Below, piece by piece: positions 39,721-54,221 of a stretch of DNA of 64,000 nucleotides; position 1 is the first letter of the stretch, and every line of letters begins with the position of its first letter. Position numbers and translations under genes: made by a program. The notes beneath the pieces are model-generated. The model did not search any database and was not told where the DNA came from. It saw only the letters and a program-made list of their open reading frames with translations. Origin of the DNA: Lingula anatina (taxonomy: Eukaryota > Animalia > Brachiopoda); the NCBI GenBank assembly GCA_051362555.1, contig CM120644.1:1124954-1188953 (forward strand). Reading direction: 5' to 3'.

Positions 39721-40949
39721 TGCGTTTATGAGCTGCACATACATGAATGTGTGCCTGTATGCTTGTTAATTTGCGTGCAACTGTATGAATGTGCACGAAT
39801 GTGCGTGTATGCTCGGATCTGTTGATATGTAAGAGCATACAACCGCGTGTGTGCACGTGTGTATATTGGTCCATACGTACGCATGCGCGTCAGCAAGCAT
39901 TGAAAAGCACGGCGCTACAGCACTGCAGCTTTTATAGAAACTGCTTAAAGGCGGCGCACCATCATCCATGTTTATATTCATGTATATGTGTGCATCACAA
40001 ACATTTTCTAAAACGAAACACTGAGACAGACAAGTTGAAGCAGACAAGATGCTAGCCTCGTCTTGAATTTACCCAGATTTATTTGACTGTCTGGTCCCCG
40101 GAGAGGGATGCAAATCTCCAAGGAACGCCTTGCTTAGTCTATCGTCATTGAGGCCCTGATGAAATAGCTCATCATTTAGCTATAAAATTTAGAAATTGTC
40201 CGGTGGTCAGAATTGCCTTATCAGTTTAAATCCACGTGGGACATTATAGATGGAATGTTTGAAGGTTTTCTGTCTAACAATCGAGTCCCAGCACACATAT
40301 TAAAGGAATTTTTCAAATGAGAAAAATGTGATAAAATTAGCCATAGTCACACGTATCAGGTTTCAACCTTGCCTTAGCTAGAAAATATAAAAAAAGAATT
40401 TGATCGACATAGGGTAGTATGGGATACATGAGAGCGTTGACACCATTAAGTCCACAAATTGTGGGCTACGACGTTAAACAGGGGGACACGTGAGACCGTT
40501 TGACATTGTCAGGTGAGATGTGTACAGAAATGTGTGACCTAAAAATTAAGTGTCAGTTTCACGTGGCGCAATTAGCAGGTGCACTAGATCAACTCTTATG
40601 GTGAGAGCTCAAATCAATAAGCCATTGGGAAAGATGCATCGCACGTACGAAGTCAAAGCACGGCAAGGATGAATTTATCCAGAAAGCTTAAGCTTGAATG
40701 CAACCTGTAGTTTATTTTTTTATTCCACGGATTCCACGGGAGCGTCATTAAATCTGCTTAATCACCCTTTTAACTTAATAATTGGCTCTTCTGGAAGTTG
40801 TCTGGGAAATTGAAGGTTTCCATTAGGACTCCCACCTGATGTTACCTTCTTCACGTGAACCTGGGGAATTGTCCAAATTCATGGTGCATTTAGCGTTATG
40901 TGATTACAGAGCGAAAATAACCGTAGGGCCTTTGGTGTTTCCACCTGTA

Positions 40950-41006
40950 CCCCACCCCCACCCCCCCACCCCCACCCCACCCAACCCCCACCCCACCCCA
41001 CCCCCC
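40950..41006. repeat. (CCCCA)n-like C-rich tract; G-quadruplex potential on the minus strand
   Basis: About ten runs of 3-7 C separated by A. Confidence 0.85.
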
Positions 41007-44000
41007 GATGTATATAAACATGTATGTTGAGAAAGCACCAAAGAAAAACTGAAGAAGACCGTTCATATGATCGATAAATGTTAATTTAAGTGCATTCAGT
41101 TATTGTCTTTATATTTCAACTATTACTATAAGTCTGCCAAAAAGGCTTTGACATAATATTATTATGGGTTGTTTGTAATTCCGCCATCATTTTTGGAGCA
41201 TGATTTTTTTTTACCTGAGCGCCAAACTGAAGTTAAAGGGTGAACTGAGACCCGTCTGCGCGCTCTCTTTTGCTGCATTATCGTATTTATTTGTTTGGGG
41301 CAGCTACTGTAGAGAGACAAGAGACAGTCCCATGAGTTTTCCAACGAGAAAAGTAACTGCATGCTACCGGCCTATGGTGCGACTCGCGTTTGAGAAATCG
41401 GAAAAAGATATGAGTTCGTATTAGTCAAAACCAATAATTTGTTTTCCTAGTTGGTGGAGTTATCAATTTGAATTAGACTTCCGCAGTGATGCTAAAACGT
41501 GATGACAGAATTGAACGATCCAAGAAGTGATACTTCCAACACGGAGAAAAAACTAATCCGTGGGGAGCAAGGATCTTAAAATCGGAAAACAAAGGTGGAC
41601 ATTAATTCACGACGCTGAGGTCAGTACTTGAGACTTTACTGGTCTGGTAATATCACAGGACAGCAGGAATGGGTTTAAACACGAATACAAGTTCCCCCGG
41701 GATAGAACCGATCTGCTACAACGCCCGGTGCGTGGTATTCCCGCGGGCCTTTCTCCTGCCTAGGCTGGTTTATTCAGCGTCCTAGTGAGTGTCGGTTGTA
41801 ATGAAATGACCTCAACATATAAAGAAGTATCTGCCTCGATTGACAACTGCACCTCGGGATTTACTGGAATGAACCATGGTATTTTTACCCTCCCATCTGC
41901 TCAAATAAATAAATTAAACAAATAAATAAATCAACAGAAAGGAAGACTGAAAAAAGAAAGAAAGAAAGAAAGAAAGAAAAATAGGTAATAAAACGATATG
42001 GATGTAAGAATATGAATTAAAAGAAAACAAAAAATAAAAAATAGCAAATACAAAGGCCCCTTTGGAAATGCGTCGTAATATATAAATGTACTAACCCATC
42101 ATTTATTACTGTCTATATACATTTCAAAACATTAATTCACCCTGTAAATATGCGTTTTATGAGATCTATTATTAATTTTTGTCTATAGTCATTTTCTAAG
42201 CTACGTAGTAGCAACTTGCTTTTTTCAACCGCGGTAAAAATACGTTTTGATCACATGAGTTTTCAGAACATTACAGTATAAATCATGTACTTATGACATA
42301 AAAAGATGATAGGGCGTTTAAAAACATAACGTTGACATTATTTTCGAACAGTCCGTCTATGCCTCAGAGTGCTGGCATTGCTCTCATTGCGGGGTTTAAA
42401 CCGTCACAATCAAGAATGAAGGCTGCCCCCGGAGAGAGTTTGCCGGTAAAACCAAACCGCTCTTTTTGCTTGCTTTATCAACACATGCCGAAAGTATCAA
42501 GTAAATTTGAAAAGAGCGTTTCATATCGCAGTGATGCCAGTTCAAGGGCGATCATGCAAGCACTTGTGGAGTCAATGAGGCGGAAAATCAAAGGAATAAG
42601 AATTGACCTCTCATACAAATGCAAAATTTGAAATGTCTTTGGCGTGATCTGTTTCGGTGAAAATGATGAAATGTGTCAAATAGCTACACTTAACAAGGTC
42701 AATCAAATCAGATCTGTTTGTTATTTTTACTTATATGATAGCTCCAATGGGACACTTTTTGAGCGATTATCTAACTGAAAACGCGGTGACTTAATCCTGG
42801 CGTCCAACCTCTCCCAACCCTTTTCAATTTTAAGTTTTGTGTGCAGCGAAAACAGACACAAACCAGTGGAGCGAAAACAACAGATAAACAATCAAATCAA
42901 CAATCAAATCGGCCTCTACAGGCGGTGTCATTTACAAGATACATATTTGCATGTTAGTAAAGAACAGTTTGTATCTCTGTGACTGTATTTGCTCCAAAAA
43001 CTTTTAAACAATCAAAAACCACAAAAATGTGTTGTTTCGACGTATTTTTCCATCTTCTGTCTTTCTGTAGACCTCTTTGTTCTGGTATTGACGAAATAGA
43101 GTCTTTTTATCAAAAGCTTTTGCTAGACAGGGTAGCCAAACCGTCTGTCAAATTTTCTGATTTGTGAAAAGCCAGTCTCCTATGGGCCTGCCCTGAAATT
43201 GACCTTATAACTTTATACATTTATGTTGTTTATCTTACGCAATTGATTGTTCAACTGTACAATACGTTGGCACGTGCTGTTCAAACATTTCAACAAAAAT
43301 TTTAATTTGTTTTTATTTACCCTGCGGGCTAACAAAACGTTTTTTTCTGACATAATGAACCTTGTATACAAATTTACGTAAAATATAAAGAAATTTGATT
43401 ACCAGATTATAGTGAAATCGAATACTTTTCAAACTCGATATTAATCCGACTCAGGGCACCCTTTGAATGAAGAGAAGCCCTGATGATGTATATTCATGAA
43501 GTTATCACGTGAGGGCGATATCGCACATATCAGGCTCGTGTTCTTCTATCGTCTGCCAAGTCTCATGTTCATTTCAATAGCAGCTCTTTGAAATACAATG
43601 CAACAATGTAAAGAAAAAAGGGGAAATATTTACTCGTTTCTACCACACTGAACGAATAAGAAAAACAAATAAAATTTAATGCAGCGTAATAGGACTGTGG
43701 AAAATTTATTTACAAGCAAATTTTCGTCATTGCGATACGCTAGAATTAGGTTACAAATCCTAAAAGAGATATGCTTGCGCGGCACGAGAGAGAAAAATGA
43801 AACATAGAGGGCATTGTGCAAGGTCGGCCACCACCTGTGGGAGGGTTAAATGTTTTCTTTCACGCTTAAGGAAAAAACATTGACATTCACACTCTCCCAC
43901 CCACAAAAAAGTTCAATAAAAGATCAAAGTTGCGCACCCTTGTGCCTTTTAGACTAAATGATTTGCCATCTTTGTGATAAAAAGGCGATTTTGAAGAAGC

Positions 44001-46296
44001 ATGCCCGGCCAAATTTTTGAACCGCTGACCGCCACGCCGTCATACGAGATCATCGGTCATCAAAACTAACTGTTTACTTTTATAGTAACGAAAGCACCTG
44101 AATACCAACATACTGAAATCAGATACATATACATTCACCCTTTTGATGTAACTTCAACATGCTTTGAGGATGATGCCAGCACAGGAATAATTTTTGCCAA
44201 ATAAGTAATGAGAAACACACACGGCGGTAGGAATGCTTTACAGGCCACTCTACCTTCATTACGACAGGGCAACGGCCGGGAAATCAAGCACCAGGCACGC
44301 TAACAATTAACCCTTAATTTAGAGTTATTCCTCCAAATTTACACGCGCCTCTCTGAATAATTTGCCTTCAAAGCTGGCCGCTAGAGGCGTGGATTGCGTT
44401 CACGTTAAGGTGTCAAGGTTTCCGTGGAAACAAAGGAAATACATGTGTTTCTACACGTGGTGGTTGTTTCTTGTCAAAACTATTTATCCAAAGAAACGTG
44501 GCCCCGGTACCGTTAACAATTTACCCTTAGACGTTACGATTTGAACGCGTTGCAAAGATTTAAGTTTACGACTGCTAACCTGGCGAGAATCACCACTGGA
44601 TTTCCTTGTCCAGTGGCGAAATTCTTTGTCTGATTCACCATTGTTCAAAAACTCACGGCAGTAATATTCATATCTCGGACGAAATCCAAACCTCCTTTCA
44701 ACTGTGCTTGAATACGGACAAAATATGGGGTTCACATACTATGGAATACTGCCGCTAAAAAATTTATATCTTAAAGAGGAAACATTACTAAAATTGGTAA
44801 AATTTGGTTCACAATTTGGTTCACTAACAGAGAATATAATATATCATCCATATAAAAATACATACAGAAGTTATATTGTAATTACATAAGCTATTCAAAT
44901 AAATAATACATGAATCCATGGAGACCATGGATATGCGGAAACTATAAAAGAAACATGGCAGAGTTCACAAAAACTATTCCAGCAGTATTCACGAGTCCCC
45001 TCTTTTCCTTGTTCTCACAAAACTGTCCACATGCAGAAAAACTTTGTTATTCCCATTGATAACGACCGCCATTTAAAACGCTATAGCCTCACGTGTCGCG
45101 TGTTTTTCTATTCATCAAGTGTGTCAAGTGCACCGCTTGAGGCGTATTATTCAATTTTAAAACAAACCCAAATTTCGATCCTTTCACACTTAAATGTTTT
45201 TTCTTGTAATAACGACAGTGAGAAGTATGTCTTTCCAAAAATGAAAACGTGCGAAAAGATAATGAAAGGCTCCACACTGCCAATTCCCAATATGGACTTA
45301 ATAGCGAGGAATCACTTTAATTCAGTCAACTCTGGTCGGAGTCAGACGCCACACCACGGGCGGCGAGCGAGATTGCAATACAATTTACTTGATTGCTGAT
45401 TCCATTTGTTTTTTTTCACCTGTGTTACAGAAACGTTCCACTGGGGTCCAGCTAAAGAAAGGGTACAATTTAATTTTAGCCGGCTAAATGTCCTGCAGCT
45501 GAAGTTCTCGTTACGTTGGTTTGGATAGGATGTAGTGACTAAGTAACCAAATTAAGTTTATTAAGCAGTTTATGGTCCTGTGAAATACCAGTAGGAATTC
45601 AAGTTCAACTGGGTGCCACAAGTTGGCCAAGTTATCATTTGAGCAATACTGAGTAGGTCGTAGGAACCCCAAACATGAAAATTATCACAATTGAAAACAA
45701 AAGGAGCAGATAGTCAAAAATACGTGGAACATCTGCCCATATATGGAGATGGAAACATGATTAGAAAAACGGTAGCGTCATATAGAAATGTTCGCACTAA
45801 ATGCAGAAACAAGCATTTTTTTCTAACTTCAGAATCTCGATTGTAAACATCCATCTATGGTAACAATAGTCTCATCTAAGCACCTGGGGGAAATCCTTAA
45901 TTAATCATTAATTATAGACATAGACCCTTAATCATTTGCAGAATGACCAAAGCCTTGGACATTCAGAAATATACGGAAATTAAGGCACCGACTTAGTGAA
46001 GAGTATGTTGCTGACTATAGCATTTGGGTATTTTGCAAGCAATTCAAAGAAGATCTCGCAAAGGAAATTAGGGAGGTTAAAATGAGGGAATGCAGAATCT
46101 TTTGAAGCGTTATCCTTTCTATTGGAGTGAATGTGAGATGATTTGTATATTTCAAAGGCTCTTAACACGCTGAGAGGAATCCAACATATCAGAGGACTTC
46201 CAAAGATCACATTTCTTTACCAGGTCCTTAAGTACTCTTATATAGGTGGAGGTTGTACAGAGGATCGCGCAGATAGTATTTCTTGTCGGAAACGTT

Positions 46297-46552
46297 GACT
46301 GGGTTCCCATCCCTAGATCGATCTAACGGGATCGATCCATCTCCAAGGGGTTTCTCCCTAAATTGCTTTCAGCTTAAGCGGCTTAGATGTCTGGCACTCC
46401 TACTGAAGCTGCTAGACGACAATGAATTACCCCCAAACAGCTTCAGAAGGCGTGACAGACATCATAAGACATAAGTTGATTGCAATTAAGCGAGAATCCC
46501 CTTGAAGATAGATCGACCCACAGTTAGTACGATAGGGTCTGGGAATGATCCC
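46297..46552. mobile_element. Palindromic MITE, family A copy
   Basis: Starts gactgggttcccat like the copy at 58726 and shares agggg(t/a)ttctc(c/a)ctaaattgc(t/a)ttcag(c/t)ttaagcggctt...actgaagctgctag; right arm is an inverted copy; TSD not clear. Confidence 0.78.
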
Positions 46553-47908
46553 GTTGTCTCTGGATCTACCAAAAAAACCGAGGGAATAAGAACTTGTACT
46601 CCTTCAAAGTGCAGGCACAAGCTTTTAATCTTCCTAAAGTATATTTAAAGCTTTAACGCCTTTCTTCTGACTACGACTAAGGCAGCGTCCAATCCTTTAA
46701 GATTTTGCTGACTGGATAGTCATAATGCTTTGGATCAAATTACCATATACTTGGTCCTACATGTATATTTACCATAGAGCATTCTGAAAATGGTGCACAT
46801 GTTATGCCTTCCAGTTTTACATTGAAGAACTTATAATACGTAAATGGCAAAGTAAAAAGGATTTTCATAATTTGATATTGGCTCAAAATGAATTATTTTC
46901 TTTAATTTTTTTTTTAAATGACTTTTGTAAGATGGTTAAATATTGACCAAGCCCATCCCCTTTCCATCCCCCTTAGTGAGAGTTCAAGTGCACACACAGA
47001 CATCAAACACACACATTCAAAGTCACGAATTCAATCACGTATTAATATGAAATAAAGATCCACAAAAACCTTCCAATAACATATAAACAGTTGCACGTAA
47101 CAACGTAATACTCTCACGACCAATGGAATGCCTCCCACAACCGGACAAATTGAAAACTCCGTGGTGCCACGACTTCAGACGTGACTCCCAGTCACATTTG
47201 CGGTGCGCGTCCCCCTTTCACAAGGGACGGGGTTAAGGGGGTCTTTACGTTCAAACCTGCATTGTTTCGCAATCTACTGCCATGTAACCTACCCACCACG
47301 GTTCACTGGCTGCACCATCGTGACTGGTAAAAGGGGAATTATTACATAGTATCGAGGGTTGACTCTGTGTTTGATACATGCTTGTAATAACAGCGATATG
47401 AACAAATAATGGACCTTTCGTCTTAAAGCTGCGTGATTTATTATTGGTACTCTGTAAGTGTGTTACTGGGACGATTGTTGATTGATTGAGAGAGAGAGAG
47501 GGAGGGGGAAATAGAGAGAGATAGGATGTTTCGCAATATCTACGACGTACGGATGATAACGTAAATTGCTTAGAGTTCAACTCAATTGTTCGCAAAGTTT
47601 AACAGGATCTATTTTATATTGAGTTACTTGTTAAATAGAAAATAGAATTTCAAAGATTCGAAGCTGATAAAAAAGAGAACACCACAACTTAATTACTCCA
47701 CAAAGAATGAAACAGTATTTGTTAGAATCGTGCAACATACTTTCAATGTATTGAGATCAATGAACGATAACGAATTCAAAGTAAGCTTAAGTTAGCTAAA
47801 CATACTTTATTAGGAGAGCGGCATCCGATTTCTATTATAGAAGTCATGTAGTCTAAACATAAGAAAAGGTAAATAGGCTGGCGGCTTACGACAATGGACG
47901 TAAGCGTG

Positions 47909-47981
47909 AAAATAAAACGTGTCGATTTCAAAATAAAACGTGTCAATTTTATAATGAAACGTGTCAATTTCCAAATAAAAC
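47909..47981. repeat. 21-bp minisatellite x3.5
   Basis: aaaataaaacgtgtc(g/a)attt(c/t) repeated. Confidence 0.9.
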
Positions 47982-50900
47982 CAGGGCGGTTTAACTCTGG
48001 TCAGAAAGGAGCGATGGATTTGATTTGTTCCTGTGACTTCAGATTCTTCTTCCAGCCTTTGTCCCTCGCTGGCAGTTATTTTGTTTTAGGTCAGATTCCT
48101 GTTTATTCCTCTTCCACCTGTTAAAACATTTGTTTTTGAGGACAATAATCGAAATGTTTTATTTCGTAGCCAGGTAATCCTTGAAATAAAGCATTGGTAT
48201 GCCGCAAGAATGTTCATTTCTTTCCTTAATAAATCTCTCTCTCTCTCTCTCGCTCTTTCTCTCTCTCTCTCTTCGAATACCCATTCGATCCTTCGCTCGG
48301 TTTTTCCAATAGAAACTTTCAAATTCAGGTTCACATGTAGTTTACAGCACTCCTTTTACTGGTAATCTTACACTTGAGGGTTCAGTCTAAAAGAAATACC
48401 TTAATCCAACCGTCTCATATCTACCCGTCTGAGCTAGGATTACACCCAGCTCTCTAATGATGGGGAAAACTCAGATGGAATAATACCAGTCCACCCTGAA
48501 GATTGATCCCATTACTTCAATCGAATCTCGAGTCTTTCAGTCGTACAGTTGTACAACAGTGTTCTGGAGAGGCGGTATATTTTATACACGTAACCTTTGT
48601 ATTGTGGGACCCCTGGGGCTCGGTCTAATGTGCTTACAATAGGGAGTTTGGGTACGTTATGGGTTGTATGGGTATTGAATTGTAATCGGCTCCTCGCGTT
48701 GGTTTAATACAGAAAATATCTGTTCAGGAGATAAGCTGTTTTTATCTAACTTACTGAGTCACTATTTGACTGACTATCGAACGATTACTGGCCATAGAGC
48801 CAGCTAACTAACTAACTAACAGGTGATTGGCTAATTGACAGAATGTCACTGACAGAAAATAACTGACTGACGAAACAATCACCCGTCCGACCAACAAGCC
48901 AACTGTAACTGAATAACTTCCAACAAGAATTGACTGGTAGACATAGAGAGTGACTTACAGGCTTTTAATTTACATTTAGATAACAGAGTAACACAACCCA
49001 AATAACTGTAAAGAACACAGCAAAACAGAATGAATACAAGATTAGAAAAATTTTAATGTGCGCGGAAACCAAGGAAGTATCCTTACAAAGACGACAAAGA
49101 ATAGAAAACAGGGGAGAACACAATTAGAGGAAACCAGAGCGTTCCGGCTGTGTTCACTTTGACCTGGCAGCGGTTCCAGTACACGAGAGATTTACGTAAC
49201 ATCCTTGCCAACATTGTCTAATAAACACAGTCCCAGCGTTCGATTCTCATACCATTTTGACCATTAAACTCTCTTATGTATACTACTTGAGTAATGGCCC
49301 ACAAAATATGTACGGTGGCGTGAAACGATACAAAGGCTTCCGTAAATACCTGATCCCGTCTAATAATAATCTTAACGTAGTAGTTTTTTACCCTGAGGCC
49401 GTTTTTCTTTTCATTCATGCGTTGCATGCGTATTTCTCAATATTATACCAAGCATATTTCATAACATTGAGGGGGGAGTATTTGTTATTTTATTTGTAGC
49501 CTTGAGTCGTTGGCGATATCTGGGCTGAAGAAATCGTAACATTGACACAGGCTGAGATTGTGATAATAAAATATTTTCTGTTTGCGTTGGGGACTTGATA
49601 TCTTGCCCTCCGCCCATTCTGGAACTGGTACACTTGGGACGTGGTTCGTTTAAAACTCTGATAGATCGGTCTAAATGCCGATGGATCCGAGTTAACGGTA
49701 CCAATAGCAAGCAAGTCGGTGCATGCACAGCATGTCGTCCATGGCATTATTATCATTATTTATTTATTTTTTGCTATGTTGTTACTTCCCAGTGCAATTA
49801 AAATTATTGCGCCGGCGATCTTTCAGGAAAAATGTAAATCCGCCTCTTTGGTGGCCTTGCGTGGCGCTGCTGCACCGTGAAGCTGTTTTCACATCTTTAA
49901 TTCAAGGTTGGTTGAATATTTCTTTTACGGGTGGCTTTTAACGTCCTCATCATGTGGGAAAACATCAGAGGATACAAGGGCTTCCTATCTTCAGCGGTGG
50001 GGAGTTTGCATAGCTGGACGCCCGCCGGAGCTACATGAAAATAACGCAATAACCAAAACTTCTCCTCAATGACAAGAGTTTATCTTTGCCGCTCGGTATC
50101 AAAGCCTGGGCATCTGATCACGCACCAGTAGAATGGCATAAACATTCAGTTTTATTTCACGATAAATCTATAAATCGACGAGAAATCGAAATAATTTGTT
50201 AGTAGGAGAGGCGAGGGCAAATTGGTAGAGGGGTGTAGTTATTCTCCGAGCAAGCTGTCTGATTACGGCCACCTTTTCAAAAAAAAATGTAATACACTTG
50301 CGAGAAGGGTTTTCTTCTTTAAATATCAGTATCTGTCCGGGAATCGGTGTCTCCACGGGGAGCAGGTTTCAGGGTCTTCTCGCTAAAAGCACTTTTTTCT
50401 CGGTTGGCCGGCTGACCGAGCCCGTGTCAACAAACGCACAACTTGTTCACGGTCAAGTTTCCTCATAACGCCGTGAGTGACCGCGATTGTCATCCGGGTA
50501 TTTATTCAACAAATTGGACACAATTTATCATTGTGAGAACCCTTTCCTCTGCTTACGCAACCAGCAAGAAATGCCAGCGCAACAAAGCGCTGCTTAATAC
50601 ATCGGAAAGATCGCTGCATTGGAGTGAAATTAATAAATTCTTTAATCTTTATGTCGACTGTAATGTAAAATAAGAGAGAATGCATAAACGTATTATGGGG
50701 ACATAATACCGTATTGCCCATAAGGCGATTTCGTAGCAAGCTGTAACACAGTACGTTCACTGTATATATACGAACATGTGTTTATGGTCAGACAACTACG
50801 ACTAAGCTGAGATGTCCTGCTACCGTGAAACATGAACAGGTTTAAAACTAATGCTGAGCACTTATAAAACTTAAAACGATGCAAGTGGTTCTACTGCCTA

Positions 50901-51101
50901 TATTTCTATTGACAATACAAAAGAATAACACCTGAAACTGAATTAAAACTTAACGCACAACAATGAAAACCATACGTTCACACGTATAGATATGGCAAAC
51001 TGTTGACCGTCATCTAACAAGCAAAATATGGTTGTTTGAAGAATATGTGTAATGTTTGAGGAACATATCTTTTTAAATATTCTACTGAAATAAATACAAC
51101 C

Positions 51102-51138
<37 letters not shown>

Positions 51139-52672
51139 GAGTGCGACACAGTTTTTCTGTTTCCCTAGGTTCAGTTCGAGATCAGATGTAGATGACAATG
51201 ACCTAATGAAAGAGATAATCTGTTTTTCCTTCGGCAAAACATATTTACAAATGAACGTATAAAGTATTCAAAGTACGAGAGTCGGGCTGAGACGCGCTGT
51301 TTCAGAAACGCTTGCTTTAACTTCGTTGTGCAGTCACTTGATGAATATTTCAAGAGTGCTCAAAGATATTTCTTCCAAATATTATAAACTCTTCTCATTT
51401 CCTTTTTAAAGCAAAGGGGGGTAAAGATTATCAAAATCGATCTACCTTTTTTTAAATACCATAATTCAGGTGATCTGAGGGTGTGACAAATCTTGGTCTT
51501 CCCGCTGGTAATATTTTCGATATTCTTTTACATTTTTACAATATATATTCAATAAAACTCTCAGGCAACAGAAGTGTTTACCTAATGTTTTGACGACAGC
51601 ATAAAACACTAAAGCGCAGAATTATTGCATAATATAAGTTTTCACCTGCGTCAAACTTCTGAGCGACAAAAACAACAACAATAACCGCCACAGAGACGCG
51701 ACCAGTTACCGCGACTGAAAGACACGCTGCCCTTCCCTTTTTGACGTGAAACAATAAAATCCCTACATCGCCTTACAGAAAAATAAAACATACATATTTA
51801 ACAGCAGCAGATATCAGACACAAGGATGATATAACGATAATAGGAACGAAGCATTGTTTGTGTTTAGAAAAACTTACCTTAACAGAAGGTCCACAAAAAA
51901 TCCTGGCATTAATACCTCCTTCGCAAACTTCTCTTTTCGATATTGACCGATGAGCGTCCAGAAATTATCAATAATATCAGTTTTCCACCTCAATAAACAC
52001 AGAAACAAGTCAGAAAACTTTCACTTCAACAACTCCAGGACGGGATGTGATCCCAGGTTTCCTTTCCCAGTTTGTTTCCAGACTTTTTGAACGAATTTTT
52101 TTCTCCCTGGGATTTCAGAATCCGAGGCGAGGATTCAGTCGGAGCATATTCCTAACTCCGCAGCGCACCTCTGGTTTCGTTTGAGTAAAGCCATGTAGAC
52201 GTGGGCTAATCTGCCTGCCTGCAACCCGATATTACACCTGTACTGCAGGACTGATTTACCGTAACGCTAATTGAGCATGCGCGGGCTGCTTTTCAATTTG
52301 GTGTAGGGGCGACAGAGGTGGGAAGAAAGTTTAACTTTATAATTTACGTAGAATTCTGATTAGAATTTGAATATGAATTTCTGAAATGAAAATCACATAA
52401 TTCTACGCAACGCATAGAAACGCCAAACCTTGGTGATTGATTACTTCTTTACAGTGAGTATAAAATCTCACAATCCTGAGAGGTTTATTTCTCGCCCCTC
52501 TCCCTAAAGTTTTGCTAGAACAAATAAGCTAAGGTAAGATGTACCGTTGCGCAACCAAACAAACACAGCCCAGGCATTGTCTTCCAGAGGTTAATCGAAT
52601 TCAAGACTTGGTCCGAAACCCAAAAACACTGAGCAACGAGTTCTGATTGTGTGAACTTCAAATGAGTGTGCT

Positions 52673-52715
52673 TGCGCGCGCGCGCGCGTGTGTGAGAGAG
52701 AGAGAGAGAGAGAGA
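52673..52715. repeat. (GC)n(GT)n(GA)n compound microsatellite
   Basis: tgcgcgcgcgcgcgcgtgtgtgagagagagagagagagagaga. Confidence 0.93.
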
Positions 52716-54214
52716 TGGTGAGAAGAGACAGAAGGACATGGGTGTAAGTGCGCGTGTAAGTGAAAGCAAAATCGTTTTTTAGTGAGAGAGAAAAAAGCGG
52801 GATAAATTCTCCATTACCAAAATCAAATGTTAAAAGGGTGGCTATGAATCCTTTAGCCCTGAATTCACGTCTTTTTGAGAGATGAAAAAAAAATCAAAGA
52901 AAAAAAAGGTGACCAAGAAAGAGAAACATTTACGTAATAGTTTTACTTGTGTAAACGCCGCAGGCAAAGTGTTTGTATCATGCAAGGTAACACATTTTCC
53001 CCGTCGTCCTGGTTTTCCCTCCCCATTCCATTCCTTTCCGATAGAATTACGTAAAACAACAATGCTTATCAGACTCGACGGGAAAACCACCAATTACTTC
53101 GCTTTTAATTCCATACCAAAACACAAAAAATCACGATTGCTGTTTTCTTTGGTTAAAAAATGAACCGCTGGCTTCCATACGGAGTCCATGTCAGCCCAAA
53201 CAAAACATCGTTATTTTTACCCAGGATGCCAGAGAAATGCTTGATTCTCGTTTTCTTTTAACCAGGTAATTCTAGAATAAGCAACAGTTAAACTCTAATA
53301 CTTCAATCAAATTTACATACCAATACTTTAAATTTTACCGCTCCCATACAAGAATTTTTCCCACACTTCCGAAATACAGAGATTTTGTATCTTTTCAAAA
53401 GGTAACGTTTCTTTTACAAACTGACACATTGACCATGCATCCTACATGTAAGTGGCGCAGTTTTCCCAAGTTTTTTTTTCTTTTTTTTTTTTTAATAACT
53501 TTCGTCACGTTAGCATTCTTCCCAACGTTAATATAATGTAAAAGAACTTTACATACACTGAGCAAAAATATAAACACTCATGTAAATTATTTATGTAACA
53601 TGCAAAGGGCTACGGACAGTTATCTGCATCATCTTGAACAACAAAATTCACTTTTTATTATTTAATAAATATAACCCATAATGCCGATCTTGTGCTGGCT
53701 GTTTTATTTTCGTTCAGTGTATATTAAACAATAAAAACATTTCATATATAAAGGGCTGTCACTGTCAGAGTGCCGAGATAGCCACCTCATACAATTCTAA
53801 AATTGCCACAATCATATAACAAGCCCATTCATCATAAGAAGAAAATTTATTGTTTCGTTTTATCATCAGAGCAGACAAAAACAATGTTTGTTCACCAACA
53901 ATACAACCTCGGCAAAACCGGCAAAACTGTGAAAGGTGCTGAAGTCCTTCACCGTGATCGGTAAAGATACCCAGGCAACCACAGCGTGGTATGCGGGACA
54001 GTGTTAGTTGACACCTGCTCCCTGTCACCTAAGTTTTATACTTGTCATTGATCTTTTTGCAACGACCCGTATTTCAATCAGCCGTCACTACACGACCACT
54101 AAGATGTAGTATATCATTCACTTGAATAAAGAATAAATAATCCCCTTAGGGTACAGTCATCGAAATCATCAGCTGTTTGTTTAGAGACCAAACTGAAAAA
54201 TGTTCCATCTCCGC

Positions 54215-54220
54215 TTTATT
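54215..54220 (-). terminator. Candidate polyadenylation signal AATAAA for the LRR gene
   Basis: AATAAA on the minus strand ~440 nt after the stop; other candidates lie near 53846 and 53654. Confidence 0.3.
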
Positions 54221-54221
54221 C

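Noticed and set aside
40140-40200. Hammerhead ribozyme-like CTGATGA followed by a short stem
   Set aside because: The required GAAA core after stem II is absent (TAAAA) and stems I and III are not evident.
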